This document shows, one piece after another, positions 9,731 to 19,143 of a stretch of DNA of 32,000 nt (position 1 is its first letter; every line of letters starts with the position of its first letter). The DNA comes from Rickettsiaceae bacterium (GTDB taxonomy: Bacteria; Pseudomonadota; Alphaproteobacteria; Rickettsiales; Rickettsiaceae). Position numbers and translations under genes: made by a program. A model generated the notes under the pieces. It made no database searches and was not told where the DNA came from. It saw nothing but the letters and a program-made list of their open reading frames with translations. The stretch is taken from assembly GCA_023301685.1 (NCBI GenBank), contig JALZUG010000012.1, positions 44,426 to 76,425 of the forward strand. The letters run 5' to 3'.

Positions 9731-11875
9731 TCAATATTTCGTTCTTTCTACATGTTGAATCACTTTTTTGGTACGAAGTGAATTAATTATTTTTTCAATA
9801 TGATCTAAAGATTCGACCTCTATATCAAATATCATTTCAAAATAATCAGGGTTACGGCTTGTAATTTTAAAATTAATTATATTGCCACCATCTCGCGCTA
9901 TTTCTGTCGATATTACAGAGAGACCCGAAACTTCATTAAGTAATACAATACTAATCCGGCAGATGAATGGAATGTTTGAAGCATTGCTATCCCAGGTAAG
10001 ATCGATAATACGCTCCGGCATTCCTGCAAAATTATTCAACATTTCACAATCAGAAGTATGGATAGTAACACCGCTTCCTGTATGAATTACACCAACAATT
10101 TTATCTCCAGGCAACGGATGACAACATTTTGCATAATGCATTGCCATTCCTGAAATCAAACCTTTAATTGGCACAGAGTTTTCTTGGGACTCAGCTGGCG
10201 TCTTCTTTCTTTTAAACTTAAGCAAAGATAACGTGGAACTAAACTTACTTTTTTTAGGCTGAACTTGTGTTACTACCTCTTCCCTAGTAATAGTTCCTTC
10301 GCCGATAGCAAATAATAAATCATCAAGTGATTTATTAAAAAACTTACTGGCTTTTTCAAGAGCTTTTGTCTCATCCGGAATCTCTGCAACCTTTAAAGCC
10401 TTACTGATAATATTGCGACCAAGTTTTATATATTGGTCATATTGCTGACTACGGATCACCTTTCGAATTTCCGACCTTGCCTTACCAGTAATAACAAACT
10501 TCTCCCAAGATGGTGAAGCAGTTTGATTTTTTGAAGTTATAATCTCAACTTGGTCACCATTAACTAGCTGAGTACGAAGAGGAACAATACGCCCATTAAC
10601 CTTTGCACCCACACATGAATTACCAACATCAGAATGCACCATATAAGCAAAATCTACAGTAGTTGCACCTTTCGGCAACGCAATTAAATTTCCTTTTGGC
10701 GTAAAACAAAAAACCTGATCATAATACATTGCTAATTTTGTATTTTGTAAAAACTCATCTGGTGCAGCCGTTTGCTCTAAAATAGATAATAACTCTCTAA
10801 TCCAAGTATATTTACTACCATCTGAACTATCATCATGCCCTTGCTTATATCTCCAGTGCGCAGCTACTCCAAGCTCAGCAATATCATGCATCTCTTGCGT
10901 ACGAATCTGCACTTCAATCTTTTGCATTAGTGGCCCCATAACCACAGTATGCAATGATTGGTAACCATTTCCTTTCGGTGTACTTATAAAATCCTGAAAA
11001 TTCTCTGGAACCATTTTATAAGCACTATGAATAGTACCAAGCACTTTGTAACAATCCTCTACATTCTTAACTATAACTCTAAATGCGATAATATCGTATA
11101 ATTGATCAAGACCAACATCCTTCTGCTTCATTTTCATCCAAGTTGAATACGGAGTCTTTCTCCTGCCATATACTTCAGCTTTTATTCCACCCTCTTCAAC
11201 TGTTTTCTTAATTTCTTGAATAATCTGATCAACATAATTTCCTTTATCGCTTTCAATACTGTCAAACCTGTTAATGATAGATTCTCTAACTTCAGGATTT
11301 AAAACTCTAAAACAGATATCTTGCAATTCAATTTTGATCTGCTGCACCCCAATTCTTTCTGCCAAAGGAGCATATATCTCCATAGTTTCAAGTGCGATTC
11401 TTTTTCTCTTTTCAGGTTTTGATATATAATCAATAGTGCGCATATTATGCAGGCGATCAGCAAGCTTAATTAAAAGCACTCGAATATCATCACTCATTGC
11501 AAGTAATAATTTACGAAAATTTTCAGCTTGTCTTGTGGTATCAGCCTTAAATTCAATCTTATTTAACTTTGTTACACCATCTACAAGCTTAGCAACATCA
11601 GGGCTGAAATGTTTTTCAATATCTTCAAAAGTAAGATCAGTATCTTCTATAGTATCATGCAGTATAGCCGTCACTATAGAATCTGAATCAAGTCGCATTT
11701 GTGCAATGATTTCTGCAACTTGCAATGGATGATAATAGTAAGGGTCACCAGAAGCTCTCTTTTGCGAACCGTGATATTTTATAGCAAATTCAATTGCTTT
11801 CTTTACAAATGGCTCATCAATAGAAGTTCCATATGATTTATAATTATTTATAACTTCTTGAATCTCCACAACCAC
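9731..11875 (-). CDS. spoT: Bifunctional (p)ppGpp synthetase/hydrolase, full-length RelA/SpoT homolog (HD + synthetase + TGS + ACT)
   Basis: 714 aa. HD hydrolase: HGSQKRASGDPYYYHP, ILHDTIEDT, KLADRLHNMRT. Synthetase: YGRRKTPYSTWMKM, DIIAFRVIV, GYQSLHTVV, EVQIRTQEMH. The TGS region has VFCFTPKG and GDQVEI, and the C-terminal ACT-like domain has FICRISIV. The annotated start is GTG. A second GTG 6 nt downstream is better spaced from AGAAGGGG. Confidence 0.93.
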   Translation of the reverse strand: MVVEIQEVINNYKSYGTSIDEPFVKKAIEFAIKYHGSQKRASGDPYYYHPLQVAEIIAQMRLDSDSIVTAILHDTIEDTDLTFEDIEKHFSPDVAKLVDGVTKLNKIEFKADTTRQAENFRKLLLAMSDDIRVLLIKLADRLHNMRTIDYISKPEKRKRIALETMEIYAPLAERIGVQQIKIELQDICFRVLNPEVRESIINRFDSIESDKGNYVDQIIQEIKKTVEEGGIKAEVYGRRKTPYSTWMKMKQKDVGLDQLYDIIAFRVIVKNVEDCYKVLGTIHSAYKMVPENFQDFISTPKGNGYQSLHTVVMGPLMQKIEVQIRTQEMHDIAELGVAAHWRYKQGHDDSSDGSKYTWIRELLSILEQTAAPDEFLQNTKLAMYYDQVFCFTPKGNLIALPKGATTVDFAYMVHSDVGNSCVGAKVNGRIVPLRTQLVNGDQVEIITSKNQTASPSWEKFVITGKARSEIRKVIRSQQYDQYIKLGRNIISKALKVAEIPDETKALEKASKFFNKSLDDLLFAIGEGTITREEVVTQVQPKKSKFSSTLSLLKFKRKKTPAESQENSVPIKGLISGMAMHYAKCCHPLPGDKIVGVIHTGSGVTIHTSDCEMLNNFAGMPERIIDLTWDSNASNIPFICRISIVLLNEVSGLSVISTEIARDGGNIINFKITSRNPDYFEMIFDIEVESLDHIEKIINSLRTKKVIQHVERTKY

Positions 11876-11929
11876 CCCTTCTAAAATAGAGCTAATATTT
11901 TACAAATAAATTAACTTTAGGATGATAAC

Positions 11930-12862
11930 TCAGCTCACAATATCATTCAACAAAAAGCTACTCATCGCAGGTATATAAATAAGAGCAAATAACATTGCTA
12001 ACAACACTGATGCCGCCATTTTTTCAGGATAAAGCTTAAATAAGGATGATAAAAGGATATTACTAGTCGCAAGAGGCATTAAGCATAGCAACTGTAGAGC
12101 GTTGTGATAATTAATACCGTACCAACCGAGAAAAAATCTATCAGTAATTATAAACAAATTAAAAGCCAAAGGATAAATCACAAACTTACTAAAAAAAGCA
12201 GCTCCAACAAATTTATAATCAAACTTCATATCTTCAGCATTAGCAAGAGCAAGACCAATCAGCACCATCCCAAGTAATGCAAATGTGCCGCGCATATCAT
12301 GAATAAACTCATCAAGAAAATCCGGAAAGGTAAAATCACTCAAACCAATAGCACAGCCGACAATAAAAGCATTTAAAATTGGTAATTTTATAATCTTAAT
12401 AACACTGTCATAGATGTTTGCATCACTTCTCGAACAAAAATAAAAACCAACTATAGCTTCATATATAGCAACTCCAATTGTAGCTAGCACAAAAATACTT
12501 AAAGTATGCTCGTCAAAAATCATAGCTGCTATTGGTATACCTAAATAGCCACCATTACATGTACCAGCAGAAAAAGCTAAAATATTAACTCTACTATCTT
12601 TCCATAGCCTGCCATAGCTCCAAAAAGCAAAACATGATAAGCAAGATGTTATTATAAAAGAAACTAGAGTTATCCCCAAATCACTTATTTTTAAAGAAGC
12701 GCTAGCAGGAATTGCAAAATATACGATTGGTGCGACAAAATAGAAAAGCAATGATGCAATCCCATCTTTTTTTACGTTACCCCATTTTCCAGCCAAAAAT
12801 CCTAGCAAAACCGTTAGCAATGCTCCAAAAATTTTAAAAAAAATAGTTGTAAATATCGCCAC
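11930..12862 (-). CDS. AEC (auxin efflux carrier / Mem_trans) family permease
   Basis: 310 aa with about 10 predicted hydrophobic helices. The N-terminus FKIFGALLTVLLGFLAGK......DGIASLLFYFVAP is typical of PF03547-type transporters. GTG start. Confidence 0.8.
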   Translation of the reverse strand: MAIFTTIFFKIFGALLTVLLGFLAGKWGNVKKDGIASLLFYFVAPIVYFAIPASASLKISDLGITLVSFIITSCLSCFAFWSYGRLWKDSRVNILAFSAGTCNGGYLGIPIAAMIFDEHTLSIFVLATIGVAIYEAIVGFYFCSRSDANIYDSVIKIIKLPILNAFIVGCAIGLSDFTFPDFLDEFIHDMRGTFALLGMVLIGLALANAEDMKFDYKFVGAAFFSKFVIYPLAFNLFIITDRFFLGWYGINYHNALQLLCLMPLATSNILLSSLFKLYPEKMAASVLLAMLFALIYIPAMSSFLLNDIVS

Positions 12863-13008
12863 AATGATTACCCAAACTAACTCATTAGCTATTTTAGTTT
12901 AGTATATGGCACTACCAGCAAGGTTACAATATAAGATTATTTGAAGCCAATATGACCTATAAATCAAAATAATACTCGCTGTACGTACTGACCTCCCTCA
13001 TGTAATTT

Positions 13009-13465
13009 CATCACCTGCAAAGAACTTAAATGATACGGTAATTTATTAGCTTATCCTTGCAAATAATATGATGAAACAATGAATTGCTATACTAACGCTC
13101 ACAGATGACGTATGTTTTTGTCACTCACGGGGAACAAAGTGACGTGACAATCTACCAGCTTAATGTTTATATACATACATTGACACAGCGGATCGCTGTA
13201 TATTCGCTCGAAGGTGACGACTATAGCATGATTTATTTGCAACCGGAGAGAGGTCAGAGGCGATATGGCAATTTCCTAATTTAATACTCCGCAACATAAC
13301 GCAATGTTAAACTGGATAGCTGCGCTTCACTCGCTATGACGACTAAGCATTATTTATTTGTCACCTGCAAGAAGCAAAAGACGACGTTACAATTTCTTGA
13401 CTTAATACTCTGTAAAGCTGGATTGCCACGCTTCGCTCGCAATGACAACTAAGCGTGATTTGCTT
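13009..13465. repeat. Tandem array of four degenerate ~105-120 bp palindromic (RPE-like) elements
   Basis: Units lie at about 13009-13118, 13119-13237, 13238-13358 and 13359-13465. Each begins T(G/C)(T/A)CAC..G.A....A and ends CTGGAT.GC....TTC.CTCGC(A/T)ATGAC.ACTAAGC.T.ATTT. Left and right arms are imperfect inverted repeats. In unit 4, TTGTCACCTGCAAGAAGC...GTTACAATTTC pairs with the reverse complement TTGTCATTGCGAGCGAAGCGTGGCAATCCAG. The units abut with no spacers. Confidence 0.7.
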
Positions 13466-13589
13466 ATCATTGTAATGCAAAATTGAAATTATTTTTGATT
13501 AATTCTTTAACAATAGTTGATGACGCATCATTCTGGACGCGTATGAATGTGTAGCAATGATGCCACTCTCTTCATTTTACAAAAATTGA

Positions 13590-13979
13590 TTAATCTTCTT
13601 CCGAAAAGTTACTACCGAAATCCGGTTCTGTTTCAGAAGAAACATCAATTTCTTGGGAAAAAACATCTTCATTAGCAGATGAGTAGTCGACTTCTTCATC
13701 AACAGACTCTTGAGCTTCTGCATAAAGATTTTCTTCCGGAGCTTCATCAACTTTATTATTCTTCTGCAAACCTACAATTTGCGACTCTCTCAAAGCTTCA
13801 GGATCAATATTCTTAGTTGCTATCTCACGAAGAGCTATAACAGGATTTTTATCATTATCACGATCAATCGTAAGAGGAGCGCCAGAACCAATGCTTTTAG
13901 CTCTTTCAGCCGCCAAAATCACTAATTCAAATCTATTTGGAATTTCTTCTACGCAGTCTTCAACTGTTACTCTAGCCAT
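13590..13979 (-). CDS. rpoZ: DNA-directed RNA polymerase subunit omega
   Basis: 129 aa. [30 protein letters not shown] is the canonical RpoZ N-terminus. The C-terminal tail is acidic. Confidence 0.92.
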   Translation of the reverse strand: MARVTVEDCVEEIPNRFELVILAAERAKSIGSGAPLTIDRDNDKNPVIALREIATKNIDPEALRESQIVGLQKNNKVDEAPEENLYAEAQESVDEEVDYSSANEDVFSQEIDVSSETEPDFGSNFSEED

Positions 13980-14318
13980 ACTTAAACCGTGCTAATTTAA
14001 TTAATTTACAGTGCCAAATTATATGTCACTTATACAAATTTTGCAAGCAACAAATTTCCTAACTAGCTTTACCATATAAAACATGCTTAAAACCCTTTAA
14101 ACAAAGGCAGTTGCAGGCGTGACTTTTATGCAACTCGTAAAAAAAAGCCTAAGTTAACATCAGTTAATTCTTGCTAAACTTATATATATGGTGTTAGGAT
14201 CGCATGCGTAACTGGTTACCTTATTTCATGAGCAGGCCTCTATCTTTATGAGCTGCTTTTGAATCTGAATAGAGAGCCATTAGATATTATAATAAACAAA
14301 AACTAAATAGGAAAAATC

Positions 14319-17300
14319 ATGACGAATTCAAACTTTCTTAAAAAGTTACTAGCAACTGCTTCAGTTGTCGCAGTTTCTGCAAGTGCCGGTAATGCTTTTG
14401 CAACAGCTAGGGTAACAATAGGAAACGCTCAGCTAAACGGTGCTGGCCTAGAACAAAAACTTGTACCCCCAGGGCCTGCTGCTAATGAAGCAGTTGCAGC
14501 CACATCTACAATCACATTCAGAGGTGCACATACATACACCGATGGTGCTGGTGGTGCAGTTAATCTTGCTGGTCTAAAAGTTGATGGTAATTTTGTAGCA
14601 ACAATTGATTCTACAGCTGCTGGTAATAACTATACTCTTGGCTCAGTTACTCGTACTGGATCTATAGGTGTTGTAAACATTAATCTAGACAATGCTAGAG
14701 AACTTACTCTTACTGGAACAGGTACAACTGCAAAAGGATACATAGCGAATCTTGATACAACAGGTGCTCCTGGCAATCAAGCTGATTGGGCATTTGCTGC
14801 AGCTGACAATGATTATACAGGTTTAGGCCAAATAACTTTTAATAATAATAATGATAAGTTAATTATTAATTCAGGCGCACAGCTAAATAAAGCAGTTCGT
14901 GCAAATGCTAATGGTAACGGTATAATTGAAGCTAATGGTTCAAACGTAATCTTTGGTGGCGGAATCACTAATGGTGTTGGTCTTTTAGACATTAAAGACG
15001 GTAAAGCAGCTACTTTAGGAGCAGCTTCAAGTGTTAATGTTGTTAAGATTGGTAATGAATCTTCTCTTCTTGTTGCCAATAACACAAATGTTACTTCAAA
15101 CAATATTAAAGGTTCTGTTGCTGATAAAGGTACTTTAAAATTTGAAGGAATATCAACAGTTAATGCTACAAAAATCGGTGATGGCGCAAAGTTAAATACT
15201 GTTGAGCTTGCAGGTGCTGGAATTGTTAATTTTGCAAAAACAACAGACTTCACTGCAACAAAAACAACATTAACTCATGCCGATGCTGTATTAAAATTCA
15301 GCAAGGGTGCAACTGTTGAAACTGAAATTGGCACAGCAACAGATGGAAAAGGTAAAGTTATTGTTTCTGAAGATATAGCTTTCAAGGGAAATATTGGTGA
15401 AAACGGTAAATCCTTAGCTGAAGTTAACTTTGGAGCTAACAAAACTCTTACATTCGAAAAAGATGACACAAAACTATATGCAGGTGATGTAACAACTAGT
15501 GCTGGTAATACTGGTAAGTTAGATATTAAATCTGCTAATTTTGAAATTCATTCAAATGTAGGTGCGGAAGGTAAAGTGCTTAATGCTGTACAGATCTATT
15601 CAAATGCAGCAGCTAATGCAGCAACAACTGTAAAATTAATGGATGGAAAAAGTATCCATGCAACAAGTGTAGATCTTTCTAAAGCTGCTAATAACAATAT
15701 TCTTGAACTGCATGAAGGATCATCAATTACAGGCAATGTAATTGCAAGTAATGCAAATAGTGGTATATTATCTATCAAAGGTGATGCAAAAATTGATGGT
15801 ACAATTGGTGCTGTAGGTAATGAAATTGATCAAATTAAATTTGCTGCAGTAAAAACTTTAGAAGTCACTAAAAATGCATTTAAAACTAACACTGGTATTA
15901 ACTTTGCTGAAGATGGTGTACTTAAACTAACTCAAGATGCAAACGTTACTTTTGATAAAGTAACAACTACAAAAGTAGTTGCAGGCGGAACTGGTTCTAT
16001 CCTTATTAATGGAGCTGCCAGTGGTAGAATGATTGATATCCAAGCACAAGTTGGTGATACTGCAGTAAAAAATAATTCACTGAAATTATTGCAAGCAAGA
16101 GGTGGTGCAGATATTAAACTTTCTAATGGAAATATTTCCATTGAGAAAATTGATATTGAAACACAAGATTCTAGCTTAATTTTAAATAATGCTGGCAGCT
16201 TCTTAATTGGTAATTTCTCGCATACTGATGGAAAAGGTACGTTAAAATTAGATAATAACGCGACTCTTAAAACTGGAACAAACCTTTCTTCTGGAGCGAC
16301 AAACACTCTAAAAACTGTTAATCTTGGTGCTAACAAAACTCTAACACTTGAAGATGGCATAGATATATATACTACTAATGATATAAACGGTGGTATTAGA
16401 TCAAATGCTTTAGGTGATGGTATCTTAACTACTGAAGGAAATTCAACTATTGGAGCTGTCGTTGGTGCTGGTAACGCAATCGGTAGCATTAATGTAAACG
16501 GAAACAATAAAACTGCAAATTTCCTTAATAATGTAAATCTAAGCAAAAACGGTAATGGTACTGGTATACTTACTATCGATAATGGTGCAACTGCAGTATT
16601 AGGAGGTGGATTTGTTGGTGAAGAAATTACAGGTAAAGCTGGCGGTCAAGGTACTGTTAAGTTCAATAACAGTGTAGCTCTTGAAAATGCAACAAAAGTT
16701 ACAGCGCAAATTGGTGCTAACCAGCTAGATACAGTTGAAATTGGTGGAGCAGATATTACTTTTGCTAATGCTCAGTTTGAAACTCAAAACTTGAAGTTCT
16801 CAAATAACGGTAATACAACAGCTACTTTCAGTGGTTTTGCTGCTGGTAATGAGCTTCAAAACACAACAATTACAACAACTTCAACAACTAGACAACACAA
16901 CATAGTTCTAACTAAAGGACAAGACCAAGCGTTCAATCAAAATGTTGGTACAGATCAAAACAGATTTGGTAATTTTGTGTTAACTGGTGATGATACAATT
17001 GATGCAAATGGAGTATTCTATGCAGGTGTTGTAAACTCTAAGAACCAAGAAGGTACAGTAAATATTAACAATAACGGAAATGTTGCACTAAATCTTGGTG
17101 CTGAAGGTTCTGAACTAAAAGCTGTTAATATAAATGGTAATGCAACTCTACATGAAAATGTTTGGTCAAAAGATATTATAGTTGCTGCAGGAGCAACTGC
17201 AACTGTTAGAAATTCAGTTATGGGTTCAGGAGCTTTAACTCTAAATAATAACTCTGTTGCAAACTTTACTGGTGATACTGCAAATCTAAACATTTTAGTA

Positions 17301-19052
17301 GTTGCTGGTGGTGCTGGACAAGGAACTTTAACATTCTCTAATGCAGCAAGTATCAATGCAAATATTGGTGCTGTGGCAAAGCGTTTAAATAATGTAGACT
17401 TTGTGGGTAAAAACACTTCTGATATTGTTGATGTTAATGCTAATATCTTTGCAAATAATATCAATGTTGGTGCGCAAACTATTAGAGCAAATCAAAATAT
17501 TGAACTAAATGGTGCAACATCATTTAATAATGGATCTCATATTGATCTTGGTACAAATAAAATTACTCTTAAAAATGGTAATTCACGTATAGTTGGTGCA
17601 TCAGGAGTAAATGTAACACTAGATGCTAACAAGGTAACTGGTTCTATTATCGTTGATGCAACAGGTGGCGCTACAAATTTAGATACTACAAATGCAACTG
17701 GAGTAACTATTAATGTAAATGATTCATTTGCTATGCTTCCTGTAGCAGATGAGACATATACTTTAATTTCAGCTGCAAATGGAGGAACTATAACTCCTAT
17801 TGCTGCTAATATTGCTACAGTAAATAGCTCTGGTAACAATTTCGTAAACTGGTCTCTAAATGGTAATAACTTAGTACGTAAAAATGTTGCTGCTAATGTT
17901 TTAACTAATACTCTTGGTACAGGTGATAAAGAGTTGCTACAAGATGCACTACAATTTGTAAATGCAAATAACAAAGGTAAAGCAGCGGAATATGCAAGTG
18001 AACTATCAAGAATGGATAGTAACAGGCTGAAAGAATCTATTGAAAGATCTTCTGAGCAAAACTCTGTACATGCTGTTGAAATAGCAAGTAGCTTACTTGA
18101 ATCTACAAATGCTGCTATTAACAACAGAATGGGTGCTTTCTCAAATCATCCACAACCTGGTGTTCAAATAGCTTCACAAGGTGTATCTGGTATTTCTGCT
18201 GGTGAAGGTGATCATACTATGTATGGTGCATGGGTAAGCCCGTTCTATAATCAAACTACGCAAAAAGCACGTGGTAGCAGAGCTGGATTTAAATCAAGCA
18301 CATATGGTGCGACTCTAGGTTTTGATACGCAAGCTAATGCTGATTTAACTGTTGGTGTTGCAGGTACTTATGCTAAATCTGATGTGAAACATAAAAACTT
18401 CAAATCAGGCGATAAAACTAAAGGTGATACATTTGCATTTAGTATCTATGGTATCCAGCAATTAACTAATAACTGGTTCTTACAAGGTCACGCTGCTTAT
18501 GCAACGACTAAAATGAAGAATTCAGAGAAGCGTATTGCTGCTACAACATCTGAAACAGCAAGAAGCGAATTTGATGTAACATCATATAATGCAGAATTAC
18601 TTGCAGGTTTCAACTATAACATGGGCGAAGCTATTATTACTCCATTAGTTGGTGCTAGCTATACTAGAATCAACAATAGTGGTTACACAGAAACTGGAAC
18701 TACTAACCAGAACTTAACTGTAAGCAGTAAAGCTACAAACAAGTTTGATGCAGTTGCTGGTCTTAGAGGTCAAATGACAACTGAGATGAATGGTATCAAT
18801 ATAACTCCTGAAATTCATGGATTTGTTAGACATGATCTAGTAGGTAAAGATTCTAGAACAACAGCAAAACTGTCTGGTATGGTTAACTCACTTACTCCTA
18901 AATCTGCTAAAGCAATCAAAACTACATTTAATGTTGGTCTTGGTGTAAATGCAGTTTCAGGAATGTACGAGTATGGAGCTGGATATGATCTATTTGCAGC
19001 TAACAAGACTATAGGTCATCAAGGTACTTTAAAAGTTCGTGTGAACTTCTAA
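14319..19052 (+). CDS. ompB: Sca-family autotransporter, rOmpB/Sca5-like (signal peptide + ~1250-aa repetitive beta-helical passenger + C-terminal beta-barrel translocator)
   Basis: 1577 aa. The N-terminus MTNSNFLKKLLATASVVAVSASAGNAFA resembles the rOmpB leader (..NFLKKLISAGLVTAS.. from memory). The passenger is Gly/Asn/Thr/Ala-rich and periodic. The C-terminal ~290 aa (MYGAWVSPFYNQTTQKARGSRAGFKSSTYGATLGFDT...GDTFAFSIYGIQQL...) is an autotransporter beta-domain ending in the OMP-type terminal Phe (KVRVNF). RBS is AGGAAAAATC before the ATG. Confidence 0.85.
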   Translation: MTNSNFLKKLLATASVVAVSASAGNAFATARVTIGNAQLNGAGLEQKLVPPGPAANEAVAATSTITFRGAHTYTDGAGGAVNLAGLKVDGNFVATIDSTAAGNNYTLGSVTRTGSIGVVNINLDNARELTLTGTGTTAKGYIANLDTTGAPGNQADWAFAAADNDYTGLGQITFNNNNDKLIINSGAQLNKAVRANANGNGIIEANGSNVIFGGGITNGVGLLDIKDGKAATLGAASSVNVVKIGNESSLLVANNTNVTSNNIKGSVADKGTLKFEGISTVNATKIGDGAKLNTVELAGAGIVNFAKTTDFTATKTTLTHADAVLKFSKGATVETEIGTATDGKGKVIVSEDIAFKGNIGENGKSLAEVNFGANKTLTFEKDDTKLYAGDVTTSAGNTGKLDIKSANFEIHSNVGAEGKVLNAVQIYSNAAANAATTVKLMDGKSIHATSVDLSKAANNNILELHEGSSITGNVIASNANSGILSIKGDAKIDGTIGAVGNEIDQIKFAAVKTLEVTKNAFKTNTGINFAEDGVLKLTQDANVTFDKVTTTKVVAGGTGSILINGAASGRMIDIQAQVGDTAVKNNSLKLLQARGGADIKLSNGNISIEKIDIETQDSSLILNNAGSFLIGNFSHTDGKGTLKLDNNATLKTGTNLSSGATNTLKTVNLGANKTLTLEDGIDIYTTNDINGGIRSNALGDGILTTEGNSTIGAVVGAGNAIGSINVNGNNKTANFLNNVNLSKNGNGTGILTIDNGATAVLGGGFVGEEITGKAGGQGTVKFNNSVALENATKVTAQIGANQLDTVEIGGADITFANAQFETQNLKFSNNGNTTATFSGFAAGNELQNTTITTTSTTRQHNIVLTKGQDQAFNQNVGTDQNRFGNFVLTGDDTIDANGVFYAGVVNSKNQEGTVNINNNGNVALNLGAEGSELKAVNINGNATLHENVWSKDIIVAAGATATVRNSVMGSGALTLNNNSVANFTGDTANLNILVVAGGAGQGTLTFSNAASINANIGAVAKRLNNVDFVGKNTSDIVDVNANIFANNINVGAQTIRANQNIELNGATSFNNGSHIDLGTNKITLKNGNSRIVGASGVNVTLDANKVTGSIIVDATGGATNLDTTNATGVTINVNDSFAMLPVADETYTLISAANGGTITPIAANIATVNSSGNNFVNWSLNGNNLVRKNVAANVLTNTLGTGDKELLQDALQFVNANNKGKAAEYASELSRMDSNRLKESIERSSEQNSVHAVEIASSLLESTNAAINNRMGAFSNHPQPGVQIASQGVSGISAGEGDHTMYGAWVSPFYNQTTQKARGSRAGFKSSTYGATLGFDTQANADLTVGVAGTYAKSDVKHKNFKSGDKTKGDTFAFSIYGIQQLTNNWFLQGHAAYATTKMKNSEKRIAATTSETARSEFDVTSYNAELLAGFNYNMGEAIITPLVGASYTRINNSGYTETGTTNQNLTVSSKATNKFDAVAGLRGQMTTEMNGINITPEIHGFVRHDLVGKDSRTTAKLSGMVNSLTPKSAKAIKTTFNVGLGVNAVSGMYEYGAGYDLFAANKTIGHQGTLKVRVNF

Positions 19053-19103
19053 TAACCTCAATATATTAGGCGCTCCTTCCTATGTCGCCTTTTATTGATA
19101 TAA

Positions 19104-19143
19104 GAAGACCTTCAGACTTGTTCTGGAGGTCTTCTTTATTTTT
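19104..19143 (+). terminator. Rho-independent terminator of the autotransporter gene
   Basis: GAAGACCTTCAGA (19104-19116), loop CTTGT, then TCTGGAGGTCTTC (19122-19134). This gives a 13-bp stem with one G.U pair, followed by TTTATTTTT. It lies 52 nt after the stop codon. Confidence 0.75.

Noticed and set aside
2342-11732. Short antisense or alternate-frame ORFs inside ddl, murC, the 589-aa ORF, umuC and spoT (2342-2551, 3959-4192, 3972-4205, 4351-4536, 4772-5110, 6407-6646, 7328-7582, 8669-8923, 9882-10085, 11436-11732). Analogous cases lie outside this span at 13710-13925, 21848-22033, 22451-22720 and 27329-27607.
   Set aside because: Each is nested within a longer ORF with strong family motifs or better coding character. 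None has an independent signal.
13009-13465. Possible CRISPR array interpretation of the regularly spaced repeats
   Set aside because: The units are ~110 bp, degenerate and directly abutting, with no unique spacers. Each is internally palindromic across its whole length, and no cas genes are nearby. The pattern fits tandem palindromic (RPE-like) elements, not CRISPR.
13525-13563. Hairpin GCATCATT...AATGATGC just downstream of the rpoZ stop, considered as a terminator
   Set aside because: The stem is only 8 bp with a 23-nt loop, and no U-tract follows on the minus (rpoZ) strand. It is more likely a degenerate fragment of the neighbouring palindromic repeat family.
14813-18124. Series of minus-strand ORFs (14813-15253, 15275-15469, 15596-15778, 15932-16546, 17018-17464, 17537-18124, and also 18815-19006) inside the autotransporter gene
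   Set aside because: They are fully nested antisense to a 1577-aa ORF with clear signal peptide and beta-barrel motifs. Their translations are low-complexity (P/L/F/A/S-rich) mirror images of the G/N/T/A-rich passenger repeats. They are shadow ORFs.
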